Positions 1-7,975 of a stretch of DNA of 32,000 nucleotides are shown piece after piece. Position 1 is the stretch's first letter; each line of letters begins with the position of its first letter. This DNA is from Vibrio vulnificus CMCP6 (GTDB lineage Bacteria; Pseudomonadota; Gammaproteobacteria; Enterobacterales; Vibrionaceae), in the NCBI RefSeq assembly GCF_000039765.1, contig NC_004459.3, forward strand, positions 360,001 to 392,000, in the 5' to 3' direction. Both the position numbers and the translations under genes were made by a program. The notes beneath the pieces are model-generated. The model worked only from the letters and a program-made list of their open reading frames with translations, ran no database searches and was not told the DNA's origin.

Positions 1-1348
1 CTTCATCTGCGCTAACGAAATAGAGTCCATCCCAGTCAGCATGGGCGAACTGGCTACTGGCGCTGACTGGCACGATGCTATCACTGAGCTTCAAAGCTCA
101 TACAGACATAATCCACACGTCAAACACCCCTTCCGACATTTCGTCATCTCTATAGACGAAGGAGAGCGACTTACAGACAAGCAATGGCGTAGAACAGTTA
201 GAAAGACTATGAATCGTCTTGGTTACAAAAACGCACGCTACATCGCATTTAGACACGAAGATACTGATTCTCAGCACGTACACATAACAGTATCAACACA
301 AGACTTGGAAACAAACAAAGTCATCAGCAACTGGATGTCTGTTGAAGCTGCACAAGAAATCATGCGCGAACAAGAAAAAGAGTTTGGATTAAGACAGCTA
401 GAAAACTCATCAGAGATATTAGCTAAAGGCGAAGCAGTCGTTTCGGACAAGTACTCTCACTCAGTCAAGTTAATGATGAGACGGCTAATCGGATCAAGTA
501 TTAAAGAGCTACCGATGCTAGTGCAAGCCAGGGCAAATAATCTAACAAAACTAGGTGTAAATGATGAGCACACTAGTAAAGCGAGCTTGGCTCTTTATCA
601 AATAGCACTGCTAAGGAACGGCGTTGAGATAATACTTAAAGAAGACAGAAACAACGAAAAATTTATCGGTCTTGTTTACAAATACAATGACTTCATCATA
701 CCCGCCTCAAAACTCAGGAGCGGTAACAAATTCACGCTCGGCGGTTTAATCAAATCTGGTGTTCTAGCAAGTGATGCAAACATGATAAGTAGTTATGACG
801 AGTCACAAGTTGAAAATTACGAAATTAGAGAAATGTTTGAATCGCAGAAAGATTTTGCAGAGCAAAGATTTGAAACAGTAAGAAAAGACGCTGAAGCACA
901 TGCTGATAAAGTAAAGAAGCAAGCTGAAGAGTGGGATAAGCACATGTTTAACTGCTTCATTATCTCGTGTAGAAAGCAGCACCAAAAAGCGATGGAAGAT
1001 GCTATCGACTTTTGGCTCTATCATGGCAAGCGCATCAACAAACGCGACAAAGCTTTCGTTCACGCAATTTACGAACAAGAAAAAGGCATTTACTCAGCAT
1101 CTAAGACGCTAAGTAAATTCTTCTATCACCTGCTTCTAATCTTGTTCGAACTGAACAAGAAAAATCACTGGGAATTGAAAATCACCCCTGTCGCGACACA
1201 TGAAGATCAAGAGCTAGCAATTAACCAAGCTATTGAAAACATAGAAAAAGCGTATGAAAACGAAGGTATCTTTGCTGACAATAAAAAGCAGAATAGAAGA
1301 CATAACACTAGGAATAAATCAAAAGATATCGCTGAAAACACATATTAA
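1..1348 (+). CDS. MOB relaxase / mobilisation nuclease, 5' end outside window
   Basis: The frame is open from nt 2, with no stop upstream of the listed Met41, so the N-terminus including the catalytic Tyr is off-window. Histidine triad HEDTDSQHVHITV (HxD-x4-HxH) is typical of MobA/VirD2-type relaxase domains. Long Lys/Glu-rich variable C-terminus. A hairpin plus T-run follows. Confidence 0.8.
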   Translation, partial: FICANEIESIPVSMGELATGADWHDAITELQSSYRHNPHVKHPFRHFVISIDEGERLTDKQWRRTVRKTMNRLGYKNARYIAFRHEDTDSQHVHITVSTQDLETNKVISNWMSVEAAQEIMREQEKEFGLRQLENSSEILAKGEAVVSDKYSHSVKLMMRRLIGSSIKELPMLVQARANNLTKLGVNDEHTSKASLALYQIALLRNGVEIILKEDRNNEKFIGLVYKYNDFIIPASKLRSGNKFTLGGLIKSGVLASDANMISSYDESQVENYEIREMFESQKDFAEQRFETVRKDAEAHADKVKKQAEEWDKHMFNCFIISCRKQHQKAMEDAIDFWLYHGKRINKRDKAFVHAIYEQEKGIYSASKTLSKFFYHLLLILFELNKKNHWELKITPVATHEDQELAINQAIENIEKAYENEGIFADNKKQNRRHNTRNKSKDIAENTY

Positions 1349-1357
1349 TTTAAAAAA

Positions 1358-1384
1358 AGAGGGCTGAAGCTCTCTTTTTATTTT
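1358..1384 (+). terminator. Rho-independent terminator after relaxase
   Basis: AGAGGGC-TGAA-GCTCTCT stem (one G.T pair) followed by TTTTTATTTT. Confidence 0.6.
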
Positions 1385-1535
1385 AATAATACAAACAACA
1401 AATAGCTTATTATTTAAAACCACCAAGCTAAATAGTAATTTTAATATAAATACTTGCATTATAATTGATATTATAAATTTAAATGCTACAATTAAAACAC
1501 AATAATAATAAATATAATATTAAAGAGATAATAAT

Positions 1536-2315
1536 ATGAGCATTTTTAAAAAAATAAATAATGAGTTAACTTATAACGTTACAGTCACACCTAAACAAAA
1601 GAAATCTCCCCTTCCTCGATTTCAGAAAAACAAAAGCGGCAAGATGCTTTACATCATTGTCCGAGACCCTGAGTCGACAAACTCAAGTGGCAACGCAACG
1701 CATGTAACATTAATAAAGCTACCAATAACAGCTCCTGCATGTCCTCGCTCAATAAAAGACTTAATTGCAAAGTTCGGTACTGAAGAAGCTAAATCTGGAA
1801 AGTACGAAATCACGGAGCACAACTTTGAAGAAATCATGTCTCACTTTAAACCAGCTAATGCGCTATACAAGAAGTACAGAAAAGAAGAACTGCATGAAAA
1901 GCAAAGTGTTGTTATCAATGAAGATAAACACTCTCTTTGTGCAATAGCTGCGAAACTGCATGAAGCTGTAGAGATGTTTGACGAGCTAGAAAGTGAGGAT
2001 GAGATTAATGCAGAAGAAGCGCAAGAACTACATCAAGCTTTGTATAGAATAAAAACAAGGCTGGACGCTGCTAAGTTCCCCGCAGTGTTATTCAATGACT
2101 ATGTGTTCAGTCCTAGCGACAGCAATAACTTACAAGCTATCAAGAGAAAAAGAAAAGGCATTACATCAGTATCTGACGCATCAAGCTTAAAAAGATTTGC
2201 ACCTTACTCAAGCACTTTAACGCCTTTCGATTACAAGCCCAAACCGAAAAAAGCAGGAGAAGATGCTCAAAAGCTAATCGCATACTTAGCGAAAGCAGAA
2301 GCAAACACAAACTAG
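1536..2315 (+). CDS. Hypothetical Lys-rich protein (259 aa), no recognisable motif
   Basis: Long ORF preceded by an AT-rich promoter-like region (TTGATA-16-TACAAT at 1465-1492) and AGAGATAA-type RBS context. Followed by a strong terminator. Confidence 0.6.
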   Translation: MSIFKKINNELTYNVTVTPKQKKSPLPRFQKNKSGKMLYIIVRDPESTNSSGNATHVTLIKLPITAPACPRSIKDLIAKFGTEEAKSGKYEITEHNFEEIMSHFKPANALYKKYRKEELHEKQSVVINEDKHSLCAIAAKLHEAVEMFDELESEDEINAEEAQELHQALYRIKTRLDAAKFPAVLFNDYVFSPSDSNNLQAIKRKRKGITSVSDASSLKRFAPYSSTLTPFDYKPKPKKAGEDAQKLIAYLAKAEANTN

Positions 2316-2320
2316 AACCA

Positions 2321-2346
2321 ACAGCCCCATAGGGGCTGTTTTCTTA
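2321..2346 (+). terminator. Rho-independent terminator
   Basis: ACAGCCCC-ATA-GGGGCTGT followed by a TTTTCTT run, 6 nt after the stop. Confidence 0.7.
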
Positions 2347-2367
2347 TTCTCACACGCTAAAGTTGTC

Positions 2368-2419
2368 TTTTACCCTTGACCGAGGGTAAAACCTTATTTA
2401 CCCTCCATAAAGGGTAAAT
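2368..2419. promoter_or_regulatory. Two tandem operator palindromes TTTACCC-N8-GGGTAAA upstream of hipB
   Basis: 2368-2391 is TTTTACCC-TTGACCGA-GGGTAAAA. 2396-2419 is ATTTACCC-TCCATAAA-GGGTAAAT. The half-site/N8/half-site geometry matches E. coli HipB operators (TATCC-N8-GGATA). They end 14 nt before the hipB ATG. Confidence 0.6.
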
Positions 2420-2432
2420 ACGAGGAATTGTT

Positions 2433-2690
2433 ATGTTGATAACATCACCAAGGCAGTTAGCAATATATCTGCGTGACGAAAGAAAACACGAGAATCTGTC
2501 GCAAGCAAAAGTTGCCGCCCCTGTTGGTCTTAAACAGGACACCATTTCTAAGTTTGAGGTTAATCCTGAAACTACAAGGATTCAGACGCTATTTCGCATC
2601 TTATCTTCTCTAAACCTTGAAATGCATATTGTTCAGAAAGGCGAAAGCATCTACTCGAAAGTTGATGATGATGGCGAAGAGAAATGGTGA
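2433..2690 (+). CDS. hipB: HipB-type XRE-family HTH antitoxin/repressor (orphan, no hipA)
   Basis: SPRQLA...LSQAKVAAPVGLKQDTISKFEVNPETTRIQTLFRILSSLNLEM aligns by eye along its length with E. coli HipB (SPTQLA...GIKQATISNFENNPDNTTLTTFFKILQSLELSM). This includes the acidic tail ending in a C-terminal Trp. Confidence 0.85.
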   Translation: MLITSPRQLAIYLRDERKHENLSQAKVAAPVGLKQDTISKFEVNPETTRIQTLFRILSSLNLEMHIVQKGESIYSKVDDDGEEKW

Positions 2691-2698
2691 GTCAAGTC

Positions 2699-2783
2699 AT
2701 TCCCACGCATGGGAATCCACCGAAGTCAGATGCTTAACGAAATCGAGTGCTGCTGGTATTGTAGCTCACAACTGGACAGAAGC
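2699..2783 (+). repeat. Solitary hairpin unit (ATTCCCACGCATGGGAAT) plus right half-unit plus trailer (TGTAGCTCACAACTGGACAGAAGC)
   Basis: The hairpin at 2699-2716 is identical to the array consensus. 2717-2759 is homologous to the array variable block (..cttaacgaaatcgagtgctgctgg..). 2760-2783 matches the trailer seen at 15281-15306 and 11946-11970. Confidence 0.7.
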
Positions 2784-2849
2784 AATTTAGGTTGGTTACG
2801 CTACCTTGGTTCTTTCAAATTTGCTTTACTAAGCCAAAAAACTAGGTAT

Positions 2850-2868
2850 CAAAAGGCAAGAACTGACC
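2850..2868. repeat. Left 19-bp inverted repeat of cassette 1 (CAAAAGGCAAGAACTGACC)
   Basis: Its reverse complement matches 4697-4715 at 17/19 and 15169-15187 at 17/19. It matches 12059-12077 in the same orientation at 17/19. Confidence 0.6.
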
Positions 2869-2917
2869 GTTTTGGTCTATTAATACCTTTGGTTCTAGTT
2901 AATAGCTTATTGATTTA

Positions 2918-2941
2918 GTTTGTGTTTGTGTTTGTGTTTGT
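2918..2941. repeat. Hexanucleotide microsatellite (GTTTGT)x4
   Basis: Read directly. Lies about 70 nt upstream of the 3013 start. Confidence 0.9.
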
Positions 2942-3012
2942 GACCCACTGTGATGCATATTAACCCCTATAAGTGGTAATCTAAGCAAATTTACTCATAT
3001 AGGATTTATAAA

Positions 3013-3861
3013 ATGGAACAAGTTATCCTCCGCTATGATGGCGAAGCTCTCGTTGAACACAGCATGAACCTTAAATTGGTTGCTGACTCTCTACAAGGTA
3101 TTGAAGCCTTAGTAAGAGAAGTCCATGAAGAAATGGGCGGCAAAGAAGAAGAGCTGAACCTTCAAATCAAAGGAGGATTCCAAAAGGGTTCATTTGAGTT
3201 TTTATTTACCTTAGGGCAGCAACTACCTGATGGTATTGAGTTACTTAAGATTATCGGCTTCGGTAGTCCAATAGCTGCTGGATCGTTGATGGCTTACCTT
3301 GAATGGTTGAAAGGTAAGAAAATCCAAAAAATAACTATGACAGAAGAAGGTGACTGCAAAATAGTGACCGAAGATGGTGAAGATAAAGTTGCACCTAGTT
3401 ACATGCGCCCTCTCCTAGCTTCAACATCTGTCCGTGGTGCTTTCAGCAAAATCATCAGTAAACCACTACGTGATAGTGGTATAGAAGTCTTCGAGGCTCT
3501 ATCTACAGAAGAAAAGAAAGCTGACCGAACTCAATATGTATCAGTAACTACAGCCAACGAGAAAAACTATCGAGCTAAAAATACTACTGTAATTGACTTG
3601 ATAGATAATAAACCGATGGATGAGAAGGTAATAACATTCCTTACGGTACATAAAGATAAAGACACTAGTTGGCGTGTTGAAGACGTTGATGGCATCACCT
3701 ACACCGTGAAAATGGAAGATGAAGACTTCCTAGCTAACTTCCGCAAGGGTAACGAGCCAGATATTTTTGTGAACGCATACGCAGTTGAGATTGTCGAAAA
3801 AGAAAATACGATAAATCTGGACAAAACCTATTCTATAGTTAAAGTATACGCTCCTGAATAG
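3013..3861 (+). CDS. Hypothetical cytoplasmic protein (282 aa), first gene of a 3-gene operon
   Basis: Long ORF with an AGGA RBS context (ataggatttataaaATG). No motif I can assign. Confidence 0.65.
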   Translation: MEQVILRYDGEALVEHSMNLKLVADSLQGIEALVREVHEEMGGKEEELNLQIKGGFQKGSFEFLFTLGQQLPDGIELLKIIGFGSPIAAGSLMAYLEWLKGKKIQKITMTEEGDCKIVTEDGEDKVAPSYMRPLLASTSVRGAFSKIISKPLRDSGIEVFEALSTEEKKADRTQYVSVTTANEKNYRAKNTTVIDLIDNKPMDEKVITFLTVHKDKDTSWRVEDVDGITYTVKMEDEDFLANFRKGNEPDIFVNAYAVEIVEKENTINLDKTYSIVKVYAPE

Positions 3862-3880
3862 GCGTGTATTTCTTAACCAA

Positions 3881-4141
3881 ATGGAGAATGTGATGGGTGA
3901 AGTAGCCAAAATACTACTACTCATAGTAGCTTGTGCGCCCATCCTTTACTGGCTGAGCAAGATAGTGACTTCATTCGTCCTATACAAGCTATCCCCACCT
4001 CACTACGTAGCTATGCAGTTCGAGGACAAAGAAGGGAATGTACGTAATAGCAAGGTAGTTGATGTCTCTAAGGATAAAAACTTCTATGCCGTGGTTGCTC
4101 AGATCTACAAAAACAGCCAGCACAAGGAAGGGAATACTTAG
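3881..4141 (+). CDS. Small membrane protein (single N-terminal TM); true start probably ATG 3893
   Basis: GGAGA RBS lies 6 nt before ATG 3893. Hydrophobic segment ILLLIVACAPILYWLSKIVTSFVLY. Its stop overlaps the next start (TAGTG). Confidence 0.5.
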   Translation: MENVMGEVAKILLLIVACAPILYWLSKIVTSFVLYKLSPPHYVAMQFEDKEGNVRNSKVVDVSKDKNFYAVVAQIYKNSQHKEGNT

Positions 4142-4629
4142 TGAGTAATAAGAACTCTATTGCGGCACCAACATTTGCGAATGGTAGCGCTGCGATTTTA
4201 GGTGGTTTTGCTCTGGAGTTTGCCGCTGGTCTTGAACAACCTCTATTGAAAGAGTACGCAATCTACGTTGTTCCTGCCTTTACGATATTTCTTGCTTATA
4301 TCTTCAATATCCTTGCTAGCTTGAGTGCTATGTCAGTTACCGAATTGGTGGCTATTTGGTCTTCTCGAGGCTACTTCAAAGAGCTTAAAGACCAAATAAG
4401 TGACCCTCTAACTTCAGAGGCAAGGCGAGAAGAAAAGCGTAAGGAATATGAAGAAGCTCTTGACGCGAAGTTAGCTATGAAGAAAGGCAAGTTTTCGATC
4501 TTCAACGCAGCCAACCAAAGAGCTACTAAACAGGCAGAAAAAGCACTTCAGCACGCACCAACACAGACTGATCGGGAAGCCCTCGAGAAGCAAACTAAAG
4601 AATTCCAGCAAACCACCCCCCAAGAATAA
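4141..4629 (+). CDS. Membrane protein (2-3 TM segments plus charged C-terminal tail), GTG start
   Basis: The GTG start overlaps the upstream stop, suggesting translational coupling. Hydrophobic stretches AAILGGFALEFAAG and IYVVPAFTIFLAYIFNILASL. A strong terminator follows. Confidence 0.55.
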   Translation: MSNKNSIAAPTFANGSAAILGGFALEFAAGLEQPLLKEYAIYVVPAFTIFLAYIFNILASLSAMSVTELVAIWSSRGYFKELKDQISDPLTSEARREEKRKEYEEALDAKLAMKKGKFSIFNAANQRATKQAEKALQHAPTQTDREALEKQTKEFQQTTPQE

Positions 4630-4633
4630 CAAG

Positions 4634-4657
4634 AGCGGTCTGTACGACCGCTTTTTT
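4634..4657 (+). terminator. Rho-independent terminator of the 3-gene operon
   Basis: AGCGGTC-TGTAC-GACCGCT followed by TTTTTT. Confidence 0.75.
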
Positions 4658-4696
4658 AATACTCTCGAGCACAATAAACGTATGAAAAACAAGAAG

Positions 4697-4715
4697 GGTC
4701 AGGTTTTGCCTTTTG
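4697..4715. repeat. Right 19-bp inverted repeat of cassette 1 (GGTCAGGTTTTGCCTTTTG)
   Basis: Inverted partner of 2850-2868 (17/19). Same orientation as 15169-15187 (17/19). Confidence 0.6.
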
Positions 4716-4731
4716 CCTTTTGCCTTTTGCC
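4704..4731. repeat. Heptanucleotide microsatellite (TTTTGCC)x4
   Basis: Read directly. It expands the outer end of the 19-bp repeat. Confidence 0.9.
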
Positions 4732-4795
4732 TGTCATTAGCTCTAGTATCATAAAAGTAGATCGTCAAGGCTTGCTATTTCTTCGACGCATACAT

Positions 4796-4847
4796 TTTGG
4801 GGCAAAGTGTGCTAGAACTGTTCGCGTGACACGCCTCTGGGCAGAAG
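4796..4847 (+). repeat. Junction-family copy a: core TTTGGGGCAAAG plus trailer-like CTCTGGGCAGAAG
   Basis: The 12-mer is identical to 7282-7293. The GGGGCAAAG-TGTG context resembles 20528-20541. The trailer resembles 15291-15303. Confidence 0.5.
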
Positions 4848-4953
4848 TAAGTTAAGATTGTCCCTTAAGCCATTGGCTTCGAATAAACTACGTTCAGGCG
4901 AATCCATATTGAAGGCTTTTCTAATGCGCCGTTGGTATGCATTCAGTGTAACA

Positions 4954-6660
4954 TCACGTGTGGTCAGTCTCAGAACTGACTAAATCTTGAACAATCTCTT
5001 TAAGCATACTTAGTCTGCCTGCATCTAATGCATTTTCATGGTGTGCTTTCAACACGTTGATAGGCTTTAAATCGCTCCGTTTTTTATCAGGTTTAGGTAT
5101 TTGGAGGAAACCTTCTAAATCAGACTCAAACTGATGCAATCCTGTTGTACAAGGTGTCTTGGCTCCTTGGATGATGCCATTCCAAACTTTATGATTAATG
5201 AACTTATTTACAGCGTCATTATCTCCATCAAACAGTACAGAGTGTTTAATACCTATTACATTGAGTAAGTGCATAAATCGATGCAAATTAAATTTACCTA
5301 CACAATCTAAGATGTATACGCGATGTTCTCTCAAAAACTCCCAATCACTATCAGCTAAGCAATCAAGCAATACTTTTTCAGATGGTCCTTCACACAATAG
5401 TACATGTCTTGCAAAGAAGAGATTTGAACGCTCTGTATCTAGCCACAAAAAGTACTTTATCGCTTCATCAGCAGCTCTTACTTCCTCATCAAATTCGGGA
5501 GACTTATCTTCCCCATGAACTCTTGCAGCAACTAGGTTGTTTGATAGTATTTCCTTTAGAGAACGCTCTGTTATTTGATAAGCTGTTGTAGAATCTGTTT
5601 CTTTGAAAAGTCGAGAAATAGAGTTTATTGAGTCGATTGACTTGCTAACGAAAACTGATGAATGCGTCGAAACTAATACTTGTTGCTGCTCGTCTGAAAC
5701 TAGTTTATTTAAGCTTCGGTAAAGCACATCTTGCTGTGCGGGATGTAAAAATGCCTCAGGCTCTTCAAATAGTATCAATGAAAAATCGGGGTTAAAATCT
5801 TTTTTGGTCGATTTGGTTTTAGCACTATATTTAGCTGAAAGCTTGATGAGTGTATATATCAAATGGCGTTGTAAACCTTGGCCAAATGACGAAATATCCA
5901 CTCGCTCACCAAGGTTACTATCTTCAATATGTGGCTTTAACAAGCTCTTGACTAGGTCATCAGTGTTAATAGGGGACACTTCAATATCAAAACCTACACC
6001 CCATTGTTTCAGTTCACTATTTATTTCAGATTTAACACCATCAATTGAAAATCCGCTAATTTCTTCCTGTTTAAATACTTTATTGAATTCGTTAAATGCG
6101 GTTGTTAACGTCTTAAATGACTCACTACTAGCAATAGCCTTTTTCATCACCACGTTAACCATATTTCTAAATGGTGAAGGTCCTGTAGTTTTCATGCTAT
6201 CTTCGACCTTACTAACTGCTGGTATGTAGATAACACTACCTAGCTTAGATGTGGATACGTTAGCAGCACCGTAAAACAAATTGTTAGATAACTGCCCGTT
6301 CTCATAAGCATAAATATTTGATTGTTTAGACTGAACTAATCCATGCTCTGACTGAAGATATTTACGTACCTTAAGAACTCGATCCGCTGAACGGTACTCT
6401 TCCTTCAGAGAGTCTTGTTCTTCTGGTGTAGTTAAGAAAGAAAGTTCAATCCAACTCTCTTGATCATCAGTTGAAAATTTGGGGAAATCTCTCTTAGTAT
6501 CGAACTTTAAGCCACTTTCTTCATAAAATACGCGCAACGCCGACAAAAGGTTTGTTTTTCCTGAGTTATTTTCTCCAACAATCAAAGAATAAGGGTTAAC
6601 CTCAATAGCAATATCCTTGATTGAACGGAAATTATGCACTTCAATTTTTTTGAGTTTCAT
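4954..6660 (-). CDS. OLD-family nuclease (ABC/AAA15-type ATPase plus C-terminal TOPRIM), stand-alone class-1-like
   Basis: N-terminus MKLKKIEVHNFRSIKD...IVGENNSGKTNLL (Walker A). LILFEEPEAFLHP (Walker B/D-loop). C-terminal TOPRIM signatures VLLCEGPSEKVLL and LFDGDND. Its 568 aa is similar in length to P2 Old/GajA. No UvrD-like GajB neighbour. Confidence 0.85.
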   Translation of the reverse strand: MKLKKIEVHNFRSIKDIAIEVNPYSLIVGENNSGKTNLLSALRVFYEESGLKFDTKRDFPKFSTDDQESWIELSFLTTPEEQDSLKEEYRSADRVLKVRKYLQSEHGLVQSKQSNIYAYENGQLSNNLFYGAANVSTSKLGSVIYIPAVSKVEDSMKTTGPSPFRNMVNVVMKKAIASSESFKTLTTAFNEFNKVFKQEEISGFSIDGVKSEINSELKQWGVGFDIEVSPINTDDLVKSLLKPHIEDSNLGERVDISSFGQGLQRHLIYTLIKLSAKYSAKTKSTKKDFNPDFSLILFEEPEAFLHPAQQDVLYRSLNKLVSDEQQQVLVSTHSSVFVSKSIDSINSISRLFKETDSTTAYQITERSLKEILSNNLVAARVHGEDKSPEFDEEVRAADEAIKYFLWLDTERSNLFFARHVLLCEGPSEKVLLDCLADSDWEFLREHRVYILDCVGKFNLHRFMHLLNVIGIKHSVLFDGDNDAVNKFINHKVWNGIIQGAKTPCTTGLHQFESDLEGFLQIPKPDKKRSDLKPINVLKAHHENALDAGRLSMLKEIVQDLVSSETDHT

Positions 6661-6772
6661 ATTAGTTATCTGCCACTTCTATAAAAATTTCCAAATGCCG
6701 CACTCTAAACCAATTCTGGGGTATCTATTCAGTAAGCCGACTTCAGGTATCAAATAATAAATTATCGCCACG

Positions 6773-7117
6773 TTAGACACTTTCAGCGGCTGATCTAACT
6801 GCTTTAACGATTGAAAATGGTCTTATCTCGTCATTGGAGAAATGAACCTTATAACAAGGATGTGATGCCCATACACCATTATTTTGACGTTTCTCGTAGG
6901 CAACACTGAAAGCTGTAATCAATCGACCATTTAGCTCATAACCAGGTGAGTTATCACAGTATCTTACGTATACATCTTTGAGTGCTTCATATAGCTCACC
7001 TGCCTGAATTAATCCGCTTGATAGCTGTTCTTCCTTCTGCTCGGTGAAATAGCTAATAGCGTCGCCTTGTTTCTTAAATAGCTTCCCTGCAATTGTGACT
7101 GATTTTGCTTTGCCCAT
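6773..7117 (-). CDS. Small hypothetical protein (114 aa) upstream of the OLD nuclease
   Basis: ORF with a GGATAA-type RBS context. Same strand as the OLD gene, 112 nt upstream of it. The pattern is loosely reminiscent of DUF3223/DCL-type small domains, but I cannot support that. Confidence 0.55.
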   Translation of the reverse strand: MGKAKSVTIAGKLFKKQGDAISYFTEQKEEQLSSGLIQAGELYEALKDVYVRYCDNSPGYELNGRLITAFSVAYEKRQNNGVWASHPCYKVHFSNDEIRPFSIVKAVRSAAESV

Positions 7118-7281
7118 TAATATTATCCTTTAGATCTAGTTGTTGACTTATCTTACGCCCCTGACTTGAACCCAACTCTTTTTGTCCGCTTATAAGTTAG
7201 CTTAATATTCAACTAAATACATAATGAGGCGTTAGATAAACTTGGTCAAACTGAAGTGACTAGAAATGTGTCCTAAACAGG

Positions 7282-7392
7282 TTTGGGGCAAAGCTATGTT
7301 TGCCGTGATTGGCATGCTTTGTGATTGGCATGCCTAGCGAAATTGAGTGGCGCTGATTTTAAGCTACTTGCCCTATTCCCACGAATGGAAAT
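7282..7392 (+). repeat. Junction-family copy b: leader plus one (degenerate) hairpin, abutting the IS remnant
   Basis: 7282-7374 aligns with the array leader 20527-20601 at about 80 percent by eye, plus an internal ~17-nt duplication (TGATTGGCATGC twice). Hairpin 7375-7392 is ATTCCCA-CGAA-TGGAAAT (two changes). Confidence 0.7.
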
Positions 7393-7975
7393 TAACTCTT
7401 TACGCCTCTAGGCTTACCTCGTGACTCAAATGCCATAGAGAGTGCCTTTCCTGTCATCTTGCTATCGGGAGAGACTGACATCGCCCAAACAATTGGCTTT
7501 CTCGCGAATAGGTCGATGACAACAGCAAGATACATCCAGCGCTGACCTGTCCAGACATACGTCACGTCTCCTACCCAGACTTGGTTGGGAGCAGTAACGG
7601 CAAACTGTCGAGATAGATGGTTTGGGATCTCTACATGCTCTTGTGATGTTTTTCGATAACGGTGCTTCAATGTTTGGCAGCTTACCAGGCCTAATAATTT
7701 CATCACCTTAGAAGCTCGATAACGTGCCAGTTTTACACCTTGGGCCGTTACCATGTCGGCAATGCTTCTCGCACCCGCAGAGCCATTGCTTGCCGTGTGA
7801 ACTTCTTTAATGAGACTCTTGAGTTTCACCAGCTCAGGGGAAACACGTTTGGGGCGACAACGCCAGTATTTGTAGCTGCTACGCTGGACACTGAACACAT
7901 GACACAAGGTGGTTACACTAAAGCTCTGCCTGAGTTTCTCGATTATCGAGAGCTGTTCAGCGAGTCCGACATCAA
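7392..7975 (-). pseudogene. IS3-family transposase OrfB, disrupted and truncated
   Basis: The -1 frame reads [16 protein letters not shown] then a stop. The expected continuation IIEKLRQSFSVTTLCHVFSVQRSSYKYW is in another frame, which indicates an extra 1-nt indel. The first DDE Asp region (VWVGDVTYV) is present. The ORF ends at ..ESRGKPRGVKS, before the HSDQG second-Asp motif. Confidence 0.8.

Noticed and set aside
2709-2918. 69-aa ORF in the track.
   Set aside because: It starts inside the hairpin unit and runs through the repeat and trailer sequence. It has no RBS and its composition is not protein-like.
4966-4985. Palindrome GGTCAGTCTCAGAACTGAC, resembling fused halves of the cassette 19-mers (an empty site?).
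   Set aside because: It lies inside the 3' coding end of the OLD gene (..LVSSETDHT). The similarity is limited to 6-9 nt and is probably coincidental.
5198-6229. Plus-strand ORFs 5198-5518, 5382-5591 and 5804-6229.
   Set aside because: They are antisense to the well-supported OLD nuclease gene, with Ser/Leu-rich low-complexity translations.
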